In this document: piece after piece, positions 8,149 through 17,111 of the stretch
Numbering within the stretch: the stretch's first letter is position 1
How the letters are laid out: every line of letters begins with the position of its first letter
Source: a bacterium
GTDB lineage: Bacteria > UBA8248
Length of the DNA stretch: 64,000 nt
Reading direction: 5' to 3'
Assembly (NCBI GenBank): GCA_965242545.1
Contig: OZ251456.1
Span: 21,146 to 85,145 of the forward strand
Made by a program: the position numbers and the translations under genes
Notes under the pieces: generated by a model
What the model was told of the DNA's origin: nothing
What the model saw: only the letters and a program-made list of their open reading frames with translations
Database searches by the model: none

Positions 8149-9543
8149 CTAGAACCGCGCGAGGAGGCTCACGCTCCCGCCGACCTCCCTGTTCTCGCCG
8201 GCGGCGGAGAAGTCCACGGAACCCCGAATCTCGTATTTTCCCTCTGCCCAGGCGTGAACGCCCCCGGCCCGCAGCCGAACCCGGGACGCCTCGGCCCTCG
8301 CCTTCAGCCGCTCGCCCGAGACCCTCGCGCTCGTCCCCGCCGAGAAGTCGTGCTCGAAGCCGGCCGCCCCGAACAGACGACCCGCGCCCGTCCGCTTCTC
8401 CACGCTCACCCCCGCCGCGCCCGTGAACATCTCGCCGTCCTCGATCGACACCCGCGAACCCACCGAGTCCGTGAAGTCGTCCAGCGAGACAGAGGAATGA
8501 ACCAGCCGGACGCGCGGCGTGAACGTCAGCCCCCCGGATTCGACCCGGCGCCCCAGCTCGACGCCCGCCGCCCAGCCCGAACCCGACGCCCCCGTCTCCA
8601 GCGCGCCCCGCGCGTCGGAGTCCAGATCCGCCTCATACGCGGTCGCCTCGAGCTGGGCGTCCAGATAGAAGCCCCCGCCAAGCCCCACGGCGGCCGAGAC
8701 GCCCACGCCGCTGCCGCTCACCTCGATCTCCCCGCTCCCGTCCACCTTCGCCGAGCCTCGCCCGTGACGCGCCGAGAAGCCGAGCAGGGCGTTCGCGCCC
8801 AGGCTCACGTCCACGCCCACCCGGACGCCGTAGCGGTCGTATTCATACGTCACGCCCGTCTCGGAGGCGTCCGCCTCCCAGTCGCCGCTCGCGCCCTCCG
8901 CCCGCGCCCAGACGCCGCGCGGCGACCGCGGCGCGCTCATCCGCTCCTCATGCGAGAGCATCCCGTTCATCCTCAGCAGAACCGAGGGCAGCGCCTCGTA
9001 GAGCTCGCAGCGGCGATCCCGCGCCCGGACACAGGAAAACACCGAGAGGTCGAGCGTCGAGAGGTCGAGCGGCTCGTCCTGGTCCTCCACCTCGAAGGTG
9101 GCGCGGTCGGTGATATTCCCCTCCTCGTCCACGAGCTCGACCTTCACGGTCTCGGCGCCCTCGACGGAGCCGCCCACCCGCTCCCGGATCGCCTCGCCCA
9201 CGTCCTCCTCATCGTCCCGCACCCGCACCGTGAGATCCACCGTCTCGCCCTTGATAAGCGGTTCGTCCGGATCGTTGTGCTCGGACCGCTTCACTGTTCC
9301 CGTTTCTCCGACCGTTATTTCCGTGGGGACGCACGACTCAACGGTGCCTATCACCTGGCCGTGAATGATGATGGTCGACCTGGGCTTCTGACGCCGCTGC
9401 CCTTCCGGGCAGTCCTCCTGCGCCCGCGCCTCCCCGGCGGAAAGCGTCAGCGCCGCCAGAAGCGCGGCGAGGAGAGGGATTCCTCGTCTCGCGCCTTTTG
9501 AACCGGGTAAAGAGCGGTCGTCTCCGTACAATCGCTTTCTCAT
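8149..9543 (-). CDS. autotransporter (type Va) outer-membrane protein: signal peptide, short passenger, C-terminal beta-barrel
   Basis: The signal peptide is MRKRL...LLAALLAALTLSAGEARAQE. The C-terminal ~300 aa are homologous to the C-terminus of the giant protein at 24042..30692 (YEALPSVLL..ERMSAPRSPRG...VRLVHSSVSLDDFTD...AGVSVEKRT...). It ends in ...LLARF, an aromatic terminal residue typical of OMPs. Confidence 0.7.
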   Translation of the reverse strand: MRKRLYGDDRSLPGSKGARRGIPLLAALLAALTLSAGEARAQEDCPEGQRRQKPRSTIIIHGQVIGTVESCVPTEITVGETGTVKRSEHNDPDEPLIKGETVDLTVRVRDDEEDVGEAIRERVGGSVEGAETVKVELVDEEGNITDRATFEVEDQDEPLDLSTLDLSVFSCVRARDRRCELYEALPSVLLRMNGMLSHEERMSAPRSPRGVWARAEGASGDWEADASETGVTYEYDRYGVRVGVDVSLGANALLGFSARHGRGSAKVDGSGEIEVSGSGVGVSAAVGLGGGFYLDAQLEATAYEADLDSDARGALETGASGSGWAAGVELGRRVESGGLTFTPRVRLVHSSVSLDDFTDSVGSRVSIEDGEMFTGAAGVSVEKRTGAGRLFGAAGFEHDFSAGTSARVSGERLKARAEASRVRLRAGGVHAWAEGKYEIRGSVDFSAAGENREVGGSVSLLARF

Positions 9544-9731
9544 CTGAATCGTCCTCTCGATGAAGTGAAAGAATCCCCTGTTGCTATCCGCCGCTTCTCG
9601 AATTCAGTCCGCCGGTTGTCGTCGGAAGACGACGAGGCGGAGGCGCGCGTTCGCCGAGAAGGCGGACTTCACGCCTTCGGGAGCGAGGAAGACGCCGCCG
9701 GAGGGCGCCCGCTCCCGGAAAACGGTTTCCT

Positions 9732-9801
9732 GTTGAGCGTTGAGCGTTGAGCGTTGAGCGTTGAGCGTTGAGCGTTGAGCGTTGAGCGTTGAGCGTTGAG
9801 C
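9732..9801. repeat. heptanucleotide tandem repeat (GTTGAGC)x10
   Basis: Perfect 70-nt array ~190 nt upstream of the autotransporter start at 9543. It lies between that gene and the cas9 remnant. Confidence 0.9.
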
Positions 9802-10138
9802 GCCTTTTCCCAGCCTAACCCCTCCCGCCTCGGGGCGCAAGGGGGCGTCGGGGACGCGGGGTTTCCGAACGCGGGAGAGAGGAAGATTCTCCCGCGCGCG
9901 GGCGACGGTTCAGGCATGAAAAGACGGGCCTCCTCGATGAGGGTCGAAAGCTCGCCGGCGGAAAGCGGAACCCGTCTCCGCGGCGAGTGAAAGCGACGAT
10001 TTGGACAAGGTTACGAAAATCCGCCTCGGGCGTCAATCCGCCCCCGGAAAAGCGGGCGGGACGGGGGAGGAACCCCGCGCCGTTCGGCGAACGGAGGCGG
10101 GGGCGTTCCGACGGCGGGGCGCATGTATGCGCCCCGTT

Positions 10139-10336
10139 TCGCGTCTGGCGGCGCGCCAGACGGGCGTCCCGCCTCTTGCGGTTCTTCGGCGTCTTGCTCT
10201 TCCTGTCCACCATCTCCTGAAACGCGCGGACGCCCATGGCTTCGAGGCGCGCCGGGTCGCCCGCCTCGTCCTCCTCGACGAGCGCCCAGCCGATGGAGTT
10301 GGGCCCCAGGTCGAGACCCAGCGTCATGCGAGGCAT
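10139..10336 (-). pseudogene. cas9: cas9 N-terminal remnant (RuvC-I motif plus the start of the arginine-rich bridge helix), truncated after 66 codons
   Basis: MPRMTLGLDLGPNSIGWALVEEDEAGDPARLEAMGVRAFQEMVDRKSKTPKNRKRRDARLARRQTR. The GLDLGxNSIGWA catalytic-Asp motif sits at residue 9, and the R-rich helix GVRxF...RRxARRxTR matches type II-C Cas9 N-termini. Homology stops exactly where the palindrome GGGGCGCATGTATGCGCCCC (10116-10135) begins; the rest of ORF 9815..10336 is repeat-derived nonsense. Confidence 0.55.
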
Positions 10337-10351
10337 ATCGAAAATCTCCCC

Positions 10352-10380
10352 TTGACAATTCGCGCGGGACAGCCTATCAT
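10352..10380 (+). promoter_or_regulatory. strong sigma70-type promoter TTGACA-N17-TATCAT
   Basis: -35 at 10352-10357 and -10 at 10375-10380, divergent from and 16 nt away from the cas9-remnant ATG. Confidence 0.45.
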
Positions 10381-10384
10381 CATA

Positions 10385-10513
10385 GCAGTTTTAGCTGATC
10401 GATGCCTGCTCGCTTTTCTCAACAAGAAGAGAATCTTCGCAGGCAATTCCCCGAACGGGGAAACGACTCCACCCTCGCGATGCCTTCGGGCCCCTCCGGG
10501 GGTGTATTTTTTT
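10385..10513 (+). ncRNA. candidate structured small RNA (~130 nt), possible tracrRNA or crRNA-like relic
   Basis: The predicted transcript starts AGCAGUUUUAGCUGAUCGAUGCCUGC.... It has nested stems (UGCCUGC/GCAGGCA enclosing UUCUC/GAGAA, then UUCCCCGAACGGGGAA) and ends in a GC hairpin (GCCUUCGGGCCCCUCCGGGGG) plus a U7 run at 10507-10513, which is an intrinsic terminator. No ORF is present. Confidence 0.35.
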
Positions 10514-10685
10514 GACCCCCTCCTCCGATTCCCTCCCGGTCAATCTCTCTCCGTCCGCGGGGGGACGCGGATGTGCGTCCCGCCTCTCCCGCGTGGTTGA
10601 AAACGGGCGGCCTTGCGGCCTACACTTGGACGCGCCGCCTCGCGGCTTCCCGGCAATCTATCGGCGACGAAAAGGAGGAGCGGAC

Positions 10686-11192
10686 ATGAGAAAATTCTTC
10701 GGTGGAGCGGCGGCGCTGCTGGCCGCCGCGGCCCTCGCTTTCGGCGCGGGGAGCGCCCTCGCCGCCGAGAGCGGCAGCTTCGAGTTCTACGAGAGCGCCG
10801 TCCACGACTATTCGACCATGAAGCACGCGGACGCGGACGTCACCGTCGGGCCCCTGCATGGAACGGCCACCATCGTCAAGAGCAGCGGCGGCCCCTTCAG
10901 GGAGGGCGCGAACTTCGGCGCGACGTGCCTCGTCTACGCGCGGAAGACGAAGAAGGGCGTCCACCTCGAGGCGCCCTGCTCGTTCACCGACGCGGCGGGC
11001 GACAAGCTCTGGCTGATCGCCCGAAGGAGCATGGGCGACATCCAGGTCGGCGGCGGGGGGCGGGGCGTCCAGCGCATCGTGGGCGGCACAGGCAAATACG
11101 CCGGGGTGACCGGAAACTGCCCCTACCGGACGGACTACCTGCCGGACAAGTGGCTCGTCTCCAAATCGACCTGCAGCTGGAGCAGGCCGTGA
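10686..11192 (+). CDS. secreted small Cys-containing protein, tandem paralog 1
   Basis: Signal peptide MRKFFGGAAALLAAAALAFGAGSALAAE. Four conserved Cys (ATCLVYARKT...APCSFTD...NCPYR...STCSW). SD GGAGGAG upstream. Confidence 0.6.
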   Translation: MRKFFGGAAALLAAAALAFGAGSALAAESGSFEFYESAVHDYSTMKHADADVTVGPLHGTATIVKSSGGPFREGANFGATCLVYARKTKKGVHLEAPCSFTDAAGDKLWLIARRSMGDIQVGGGGRGVQRIVGGTGKYAGVTGNCPYRTDYLPDKWLVSKSTCSWSRP

Positions 11193-11722
11193 TCGCGCGC
11201 GGAGCGAAGCGGAAGGCGGGGAAACCGCCCGGCGCGCTCCCGGCCGCCCTGGCGGTCGCCGCGGGCCTCGCCCTCGCGGCGGGAGCCGCCCTCGCCGCCG
11301 AAAGCGGGAGCTTCGAGCTCCACGAAACCTACGCTCCCGACCTGGCGACCATGAAGCACGCGGACGCCGAGATCACCGCGGGCTCCCTGCGCGGAGCGGC
11401 CGCCATCCTCGAAAGCGGCGGCGGCCCCTTCAGGGAGGGCGCGAACTTCGGCGCGGCGTGCCTCGTCTACGCGCGGAAGACGGAAAAGGGCGTCCGCCTC
11501 GAGGCGCCCTGCGCGCTCACCGACGCCTCGGGCGACAGGCTCTGGCTGCTGGTCGAAAAGCACGAGGGCGGCGTCCGGAACAACGGCGGGCGGGGCGTTC
11601 AGCGCATCGCGGGCGGCACCGGCAAATACGCCGGGGCGCGCGGAGAATGCGCCTATCGGTCGGAAACCCTGCCGAACGGACGCCTCGTCGTCCAATCGAC
11701 CTGCAGCTGGCGCAGGCCGTAA
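11189..11722 (+). CDS. secreted small Cys-containing protein, tandem paralog 2
   Basis: ~70% identical to paralog 1 (AACLVYARKTEKGVRLEAPCALTD...ECAYRSETLPNGRLVVQSTCSW). The GTG start overlaps the paralog-1 stop (GTGA). Confidence 0.55.
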   Translation: MIARGAKRKAGKPPGALPAALAVAAGLALAAGAALAAESGSFELHETYAPDLATMKHADAEITAGSLRGAAAILESGGGPFREGANFGAACLVYARKTEKGVRLEAPCALTDASGDRLWLLVEKHEGGVRNNGGRGVQRIAGGTGKYAGARGECAYRSETLPNGRLVVQSTCSWRRP

Positions 11723-11801
11723 GCCCCGGGCGCGCGGGCTTCGCCTTCCGCGGGGCTTCATTCTTCCCGCCGCCACGCTTTCGGAGAACGGGAGAAAAAG
11801 C

Positions 11802-13619
11802 GTGAAATTCCTGATGACGCCGCTGCTCGCCCTCCTCCTCGCGGCCGCGAACCCGGGCGGCGCGGCGGCGGCTCCCCCGTTGCGCGCCCTGCCTCCGGGA
11901 GCGGCCTACGGCGACTACGCCGTAGGGACGGTCACGGGCTTCGCCGTGGACAGGCATCAGCGCTTCGACCCGTGGAACGCCGCCTACGGCCGCCCCGAAT
12001 ACCGCGCCCTGCTGCGCCGGGTGGAGGCGTCGGGCCAGACCCGCGCGGTGGTGTTTCAGCTGTGGTATCCGGCTGCGCCGGACCCCGCGCGCGGGCGCGT
12101 CGCCGGGCCGCGCTCCCCCCTCCACGCGGCGAGCGGGCGGCGGGCGAAATTCTTCGACTTCTATTTTCGGGATCGCTCCCTGGCGGATCGCGTCGCCGCG
12201 GCCGCCCAGGTGGTGATGCCCCCGTTCATTCACCTTCGCGGCGGCGGAACCCTCGCCGAAGCGAAGGGCGCGGCGCGGCGGGACGCCCTCCGCGAGATTC
12301 GCCGGCGCATCCTCGACGCCCCGCTCGGGGCGTGGCTCCGCGCCCGGCCCGCCGAGGGGAGGTTTCCCCTCGTGGTTCTCGCCCACGGACTCGCCGGCAG
12401 CCACGGCATGTGGAGCTCCTTCGCCGAGTTTCTCGCCTCGCGCGGCTACGCGGTCGCGGCGCCCACCTTCGTCTCCGACGGCGGCCTGCCGCTCGCGTTC
12501 CACGATCCGGATTCGCCCTTCGCCGGGAGCGCCTCGCCCGATGAACTGAAGCGCGCCTACGCGCTGATGCTCGGCGAGGTCCGGGTCGTCCCCTACTTCT
12601 ACCGCCTCCTGTTCGGGCGCGAGGGCCGGGGCTTCGCGCCGCCGGCCGGCTTCGCGCCGCCGAAGGAGAGGGTCGTCCCCGGCGGCGTGGAGCGCGCCAC
12701 GACGATGATGCGCAACCTCTTTCGCCAGCGGGTGGCCGACCTGGCGCTGACGCTGCGAACCGCGCGGCTGCTCGGCGAGAAGAAGGAGACCTGCCGCGCC
12801 GCGCTCTCCGCCATGGGCGCGACCAGCGCGGCGCGCGGCCTGTGCGGCCTCCTGGCGGGGCGCATCAACGGCGCGCGGGCGGGCGTCGCCGGCCATTCGC
12901 TCGGCTCCATGACGGCGCAGCTCGCGGCGAATCACCTGCCGGGCGCGGCCGCGGCGCTCGGCTTCAACAACGCCCCGCCCTTCACCTGGACGCCGGAGGA
13001 GATGTTCGGCGCGGGCGAGACGGAGGACGGCGGCGAGACGCTGCCGGCGGGCAGCCGCAAGCCCCTGATGATCCTGATCGGCGACGAGGACGACTTCGTG
13101 CAGCGCATCTTCATCGGCCTCTTCCAGTCGGCGGTGAAGGCGGCCGGGGGCGACCCCGCCGCGGCCTTTCCGCTCGCCCCCGAGCGCGCCGCTCCCGATC
13201 GCGCGCGGAATCCCCAGCCGGTCGCGCTCAGCGCGTGGCGGCGCGCGCTCTCCGACCGCCTGCTGGTGATCGCGCGCGACACCGACCACTTCACGCTCGC
13301 GGAGGACTTCGCGCGGCTCTTCCCCTGGCCGGCGTTCCTGCGCGGGGAGCTTCCCTTCGGCCAGACCCCGGAGCGGACGCGCAAGCCGACGGGCGCGCGC
13401 GCCTTCGCCCCGCCGGGGGGCGCGGGGGAGCGCTACGTCCAGCCGGGCTGGATCGAAGTCCCCGGCGCGGGCCGGGCGTATCTGCCCCACGTGATCCGCG
13501 ACTGGTACGCGCGGGCGTGGTTCGACTGGCACCTCAAGGGAGACGGGAGCGCCCGCGAGCGGCTTCGGAGGCCCGACCCGTTCGGGGCCATGACCTCCGT
13601 CCGGCGGCGGATCCGCTGA
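11802..13619 (+). CDS. secreted alpha/beta hydrolase (lipase / PAF-acetylhydrolase-like)
   Basis: Signal peptide MKFLMTPLLALLLAAANPGGAAAA. Has a GHSLGS nucleophile elbow. GTG start with an upstream SD. Confidence 0.6.
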   Translation: MKFLMTPLLALLLAAANPGGAAAAPPLRALPPGAAYGDYAVGTVTGFAVDRHQRFDPWNAAYGRPEYRALLRRVEASGQTRAVVFQLWYPAAPDPARGRVAGPRSPLHAASGRRAKFFDFYFRDRSLADRVAAAAQVVMPPFIHLRGGGTLAEAKGAARRDALREIRRRILDAPLGAWLRARPAEGRFPLVVLAHGLAGSHGMWSSFAEFLASRGYAVAAPTFVSDGGLPLAFHDPDSPFAGSASPDELKRAYALMLGEVRVVPYFYRLLFGREGRGFAPPAGFAPPKERVVPGGVERATTMMRNLFRQRVADLALTLRTARLLGEKKETCRAALSAMGATSAARGLCGLLAGRINGARAGVAGHSLGSMTAQLAANHLPGAAAALGFNNAPPFTWTPEEMFGAGETEDGGETLPAGSRKPLMILIGDEDDFVQRIFIGLFQSAVKAAGGDPAAAFPLAPERAAPDRARNPQPVALSAWRRALSDRLLVIARDTDHFTLAEDFARLFPWPAFLRGELPFGQTPERTRKPTGARAFAPPGGAGERYVQPGWIEVPGAGRAYLPHVIRDWYARAWFDWHLKGDGSARERLRRPDPFGAMTSVRRRIR

Positions 13620-13638
13620 GCGGGGAGGCGCGCCGCGC

Positions 13639-15144
13639 CTAGGCGCGCGTCCTTTTGATCTCGCCGCGTCCGAGGCGCGCCATGTAGTCGTCCAGCTCCC
13701 GCTTCACGACGGGGGCGAGGAAGTAGAGCCCCAGGACGTTGGGCACGCAGATGAGGAACACCAGCGCGTCCGAAATGTCGAGAATCGGCCCCAGACTCAC
13801 CGCGCAGCCCAGGACGACGAAGAAGCAGAACGCGACCTTGTAGACGGTCTGCCCCGTCGGGCCCTCGCCGAACAGATACGTCCAGCCCTTCAGGCCGTAG
13901 TAGGACCAGGAGATCATGGTCGAGAAGGCGAAGAGCGTCCCGGCGAAGGCGAGCGGAATCGGGAACCAGGAGAGCTGCGTCCTGAAGGCGGCCGAGGCCA
14001 TGGCGATGCCCGTGGCGCCGTCCGCGTAGCCCGGATGCGCCGCGGCCGTCGTGGCGAGCACGAGCGCCGTGATCGTGCAGATGACGATGGTGTCGATGAA
14101 GGGCTCGAGCAGGGAGACCAGCCCCTCGGTGACGGGCTCGTCGGTTCGTACGGCGGCGTGGGCGATGGAGGCCGAGCCGATGCCCGCCTCGTTCGAGAAG
14201 ACGGCGCGCTGAAAGCCGATGATGAGCGCCCCGAGCGCCCCTCCCGCCACGCCCGCGCCCGTGAACGCCCCGCTCACGATGTCGCCGATCGCCTGCGCGA
14301 TGGCCGCCGGGCCGTTCATCGCGATGACGACGAGCGCGAAGAAGCAGTAGAGCGCCGCCATGAACGGGACGAGCTTCTCCGCCGTCGCCGCGATGGAGCG
14401 GATGCCGCCCACGATCACCATGAACACCACGCCGGCCATGACGAGGCCCACGAGCCAGCCCAGCCCGTCGAGCGCCCCGCCCGCCACGTTGTTGATCTGC
14501 ACGTAGGCCTGGTTCGACTGGAACATGTTGCCGATGCCCATCGCGCCGACGAGGATGCCGACCGCGTAGAACGCGCCGATGAACCTGCCGAAGCCCGCCA
14601 TGCCGCGCTCGGAGAAGCCGCGGCGCAGGTAGTGCATGGGGCCGCCGGAGACCGAGCCGTCCGGGTTCTCGCTGCGGTATTTGACGCCCAGGACGCACTC
14701 CACGAACTTCGTGGACATGCCCAGGAAGCCCGCCATGATGAACCAGAAGGTCGCGCCCGGCCCGCCGACCGTGACCGCCACCGCCACCCCGCCGATGTTC
14801 CCGATGCCCACCGTGCCCGAAACCGCCGTGGCCAGCGCCTGGAAGTGCGAGACCTCGCCGGGGTGGCGCGGATCGGCGTAGTCGCCGCGCGTGAGGCGCA
14901 CCGCGTGCCGGAAGCCGCGAACGTTCACGAAGCCCATCTTGAAGGTGAAGAAGACCGCGCCGGCGACCAGCCAGAGGACGACCAGCGGAAGCTGCGCGCC
15001 GAAGACCGGAACCTTGAAGAAGACGATCGCCCCGAAGGCGGAGGCGATCGGGGCGGTCGCCGCGTTGATCGCGTCGTCCACCCCCGCGAAGGCGGGCCGG
15101 GGCGCGAGGACGCAGGGGACGAGCGCGGCCATGAATTTTCTCAT
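13639..15144 (-). CDS. alanine/glycine:cation symporter (AGCS) family transporter
   Basis: The internal start MRKFMAALV... has an AGGAGG SD. The characteristic AGCS motifs ...FWFIMAGFLGMSTKFVECVLG... and ...FSNEAGIGSASIAHAA... are present. Confidence 0.75.
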   Translation of the reverse strand: MRKFMAALVPCVLAPRPAFAGVDDAINAATAPIASAFGAIVFFKVPVFGAQLPLVVLWLVAGAVFFTFKMGFVNVRGFRHAVRLTRGDYADPRHPGEVSHFQALATAVSGTVGIGNIGGVAVAVTVGGPGATFWFIMAGFLGMSTKFVECVLGVKYRSENPDGSVSGGPMHYLRRGFSERGMAGFGRFIGAFYAVGILVGAMGIGNMFQSNQAYVQINNVAGGALDGLGWLVGLVMAGVVFMVIVGGIRSIAATAEKLVPFMAALYCFFALVVIAMNGPAAIAQAIGDIVSGAFTGAGVAGGALGALIIGFQRAVFSNEAGIGSASIAHAAVRTDEPVTEGLVSLLEPFIDTIVICTITALVLATTAAAHPGYADGATGIAMASAAFRTQLSWFPIPLAFAGTLFAFSTMISWSYYGLKGWTYLFGEGPTGQTVYKVAFCFFVVLGCAVSLGPILDISDALVFLICVPNVLGLYFLAPVVKRELDDYMARLGRGEIKRTRA

Positions 15145-15209
15145 CGGGATTTCCTCCTGGAATCGCCCGCCGGCGCCCGCGAGGCTCGCCGGCGCCGGGC
15201 GGACGCGGC

Positions 15210-15986
15210 CTAGTGGCGCAGAATCTGGTTCAGGAACGTCTTGGTCCGGTCGTGCTTCGGATTGATGAAGAACTGCTGGGGCTCGTTCTGCTCCACGATC
15301 TCGCCCTCGTCCATGAAGATCACCCGGTCGGCGACCTCGCGCGCGAAGCCCATCTCGTGGGTGACGCAGAGCATGGTCATGCCCGACTCGGCCAGGCCGA
15401 CCATCACCTCCAGCACCTCCTTGATCATCTCGGGATCGAGGGCGGAGGTGGGCTCGTCGAACAGCATGACGCGCGGGTCCATGCACAGGGCGCGTGCGAT
15501 GGCGACGCGCTGCTGCTGGCCGCCGGAGAGCTGGCCCGGGTACTTGTCCGCCTGCTCGGGTATCTTGACGCGGTTCAGATACCGCATGGCGGTCTCCTCG
15601 GCCTCCTTTTTCGGAACCTTCCGCACCCAGACGGGCGCCAGCGCGCAGTTCTCCAGAACCGTCAGGTGCGGAAACAGGTTGAAGCTCTGGAACACCATGC
15701 CGACCTCGGAGCGCACCTCGTCGATGTTTCTGAGGTCGTTGGTGAGCCGCACCCCGTTGACCATGATGTCGCCCTCCTGGTGCTCCTCCAGCCGGTTAAG
15801 GCACCGCACCAGCGTGGACTTGCCGGAGCCGGAGGGGCCGCAGATGACGATGCGCTCGCCCCGCGCCACCTGCAGGTTGATGTCCTTGAGAACGTGGAAG
15901 GCGCCGAACCACTTGTTGACGCCGCGCATCTCGACCGCCGGACTCTCCGCCTTCACCTCGCCGCCTCCTTTCGCCTCGCGGGTCAT
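15210..15986 (-). CDS. polar amino acid ABC transporter ATP-binding protein
   Basis: Walker [10 protein letters not shown], signature [15 protein letters not shown] and Walker [12 protein letters not shown]. The ATG overlaps the upstream permease stop (ATGA). Confidence 0.85.
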   Translation of the reverse strand: MTREAKGGGEVKAESPAVEMRGVNKWFGAFHVLKDINLQVARGERIVICGPSGSGKSTLVRCLNRLEEHQEGDIMVNGVRLTNDLRNIDEVRSEVGMVFQSFNLFPHLTVLENCALAPVWVRKVPKKEAEETAMRYLNRVKIPEQADKYPGQLSGGQQQRVAIARALCMDPRVMLFDEPTSALDPEMIKEVLEVMVGLAESGMTMLCVTHEMGFAREVADRVIFMDEGEIVEQNEPQQFFINPKHDRTKTFLNQILRH

Positions 15987-17107
15987 CGCTCCTCCCCGCG
16001 CGAAAGCCTCTTTTCGAGCCACAGGCTGTAGCGCGACATCGAGAAGCAGAAGATGAAAAACCCGACGGCGATGAAGACGTAGAGATCGACGTCGAGCCCC
16101 AGCCATTCCTGATCCGCCACGATCGCCCGCGAGACGCCCAGCAGGTCGAAGATGCCGACGAGCGCGACCAGCGTGGTTTCCTTGTAGAGGGCGATGGCGG
16201 TGTTCACGACGCCGGGGATGGATATCTTGAGCGCCTGCGGCAGGACGATGAGCGCCGTGGTCTTCCAGTAGCCCATGCCCAGCGCGTCGCCCGCCTCGTA
16301 TTGCCCTCTCGGTATCGCCTGGAGGCCGCCGCGGATGACCTCCGCCATGTAGCCCGAGGCGAACAGGCACATGCCCACCACCGCGCGCAGATAGCCGTCG
16401 ATGGTCACCCCCTCGGGCAGGAACAGGGGCAGCGCGATGTTGGAGAAGAACAGGATGCAGATCAGCGGCACGCCCCGGATGTATTCGATGAAGACGACGC
16501 ACATCGCGCTGATGACGGGCATCTGCGAGCGGCGCCCGAGCGCCAGCAGAACGCCCAGGGGAATCGAGACCGCGATGCCGGTGACGCCCATCGTGATGGT
16601 GAGCAGCAGCCCGCCCCACCTCGCCGACTCGACGAAGGGGAGCCCGCCGAAGCCGCCGTAGAGAAGCCAGTAGGCGATGAAGGGGAAGGCGGCGCAGAAC
16701 GCCAGCCCGTATTTGCGCCCCGGCGCCCCGTCGTAAAGCCCGTAGTAGAGGGCGGCGAGCAGCAGGCAGAAGGCCAGGTTGGGCCGCCAGTGCTCGGCTT
16801 CGGGATAGAAGCCGTACATCAGCTGATCCCAGCGGGCGATGACGACCGACCAGCAGGCGCCGCCGGCGCCCGCGCACGCCGCCCGCGTGTCGCCGAAGGC
16901 GGCGTCGAAGATCATCCAGTTCAGGAGCGGCGGGATCGTGAAGTAGAGAAGCGCGAGCGAGGCGAGCGTCAGGAAGCCGTTGAAGTAGCTCGAGAAGAGG
17001 TTCTCCCGCATCCAGCCCAGCGCGCCGATCATCGTCGGCGGGGGCGGCCGGCTCGGCAGAGGGTTCCAGGCGGCGTCCCGCGCCGCTTCCGGGCTCGTCT
17101 CGCTCAT
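15983..17107 (-). CDS. amino acid ABC transporter permease (AapM-like)
   Basis: 374-aa polytopic protein with the EAA-like loop motif; part of the aap-like operon. Confidence 0.75.
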   Translation of the reverse strand: MSETSPEAARDAAWNPLPSRPPPPTMIGALGWMRENLFSSYFNGFLTLASLALLYFTIPPLLNWMIFDAAFGDTRAACAGAGGACWSVVIARWDQLMYGFYPEAEHWRPNLAFCLLLAALYYGLYDGAPGRKYGLAFCAAFPFIAYWLLYGGFGGLPFVESARWGGLLLTITMGVTGIAVSIPLGVLLALGRRSQMPVISAMCVVFIEYIRGVPLICILFFSNIALPLFLPEGVTIDGYLRAVVGMCLFASGYMAEVIRGGLQAIPRGQYEAGDALGMGYWKTTALIVLPQALKISIPGVVNTAIALYKETTLVALVGIFDLLGVSRAIVADQEWLGLDVDLYVFIAVGFFIFCFSMSRYSLWLEKRLSRGEER

Positions 17108-17111
17108 CGGA

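Noticed and set aside
9732-9801. CRISPR array call for the heptamer, the octamer (23924-24023) and the 25-nt tandem units
   Set aside because: All are head-to-tail repeats without spacers, with unit sizes of 7, 8 and 25 nt, far from the CRISPR repeat/spacer geometry.
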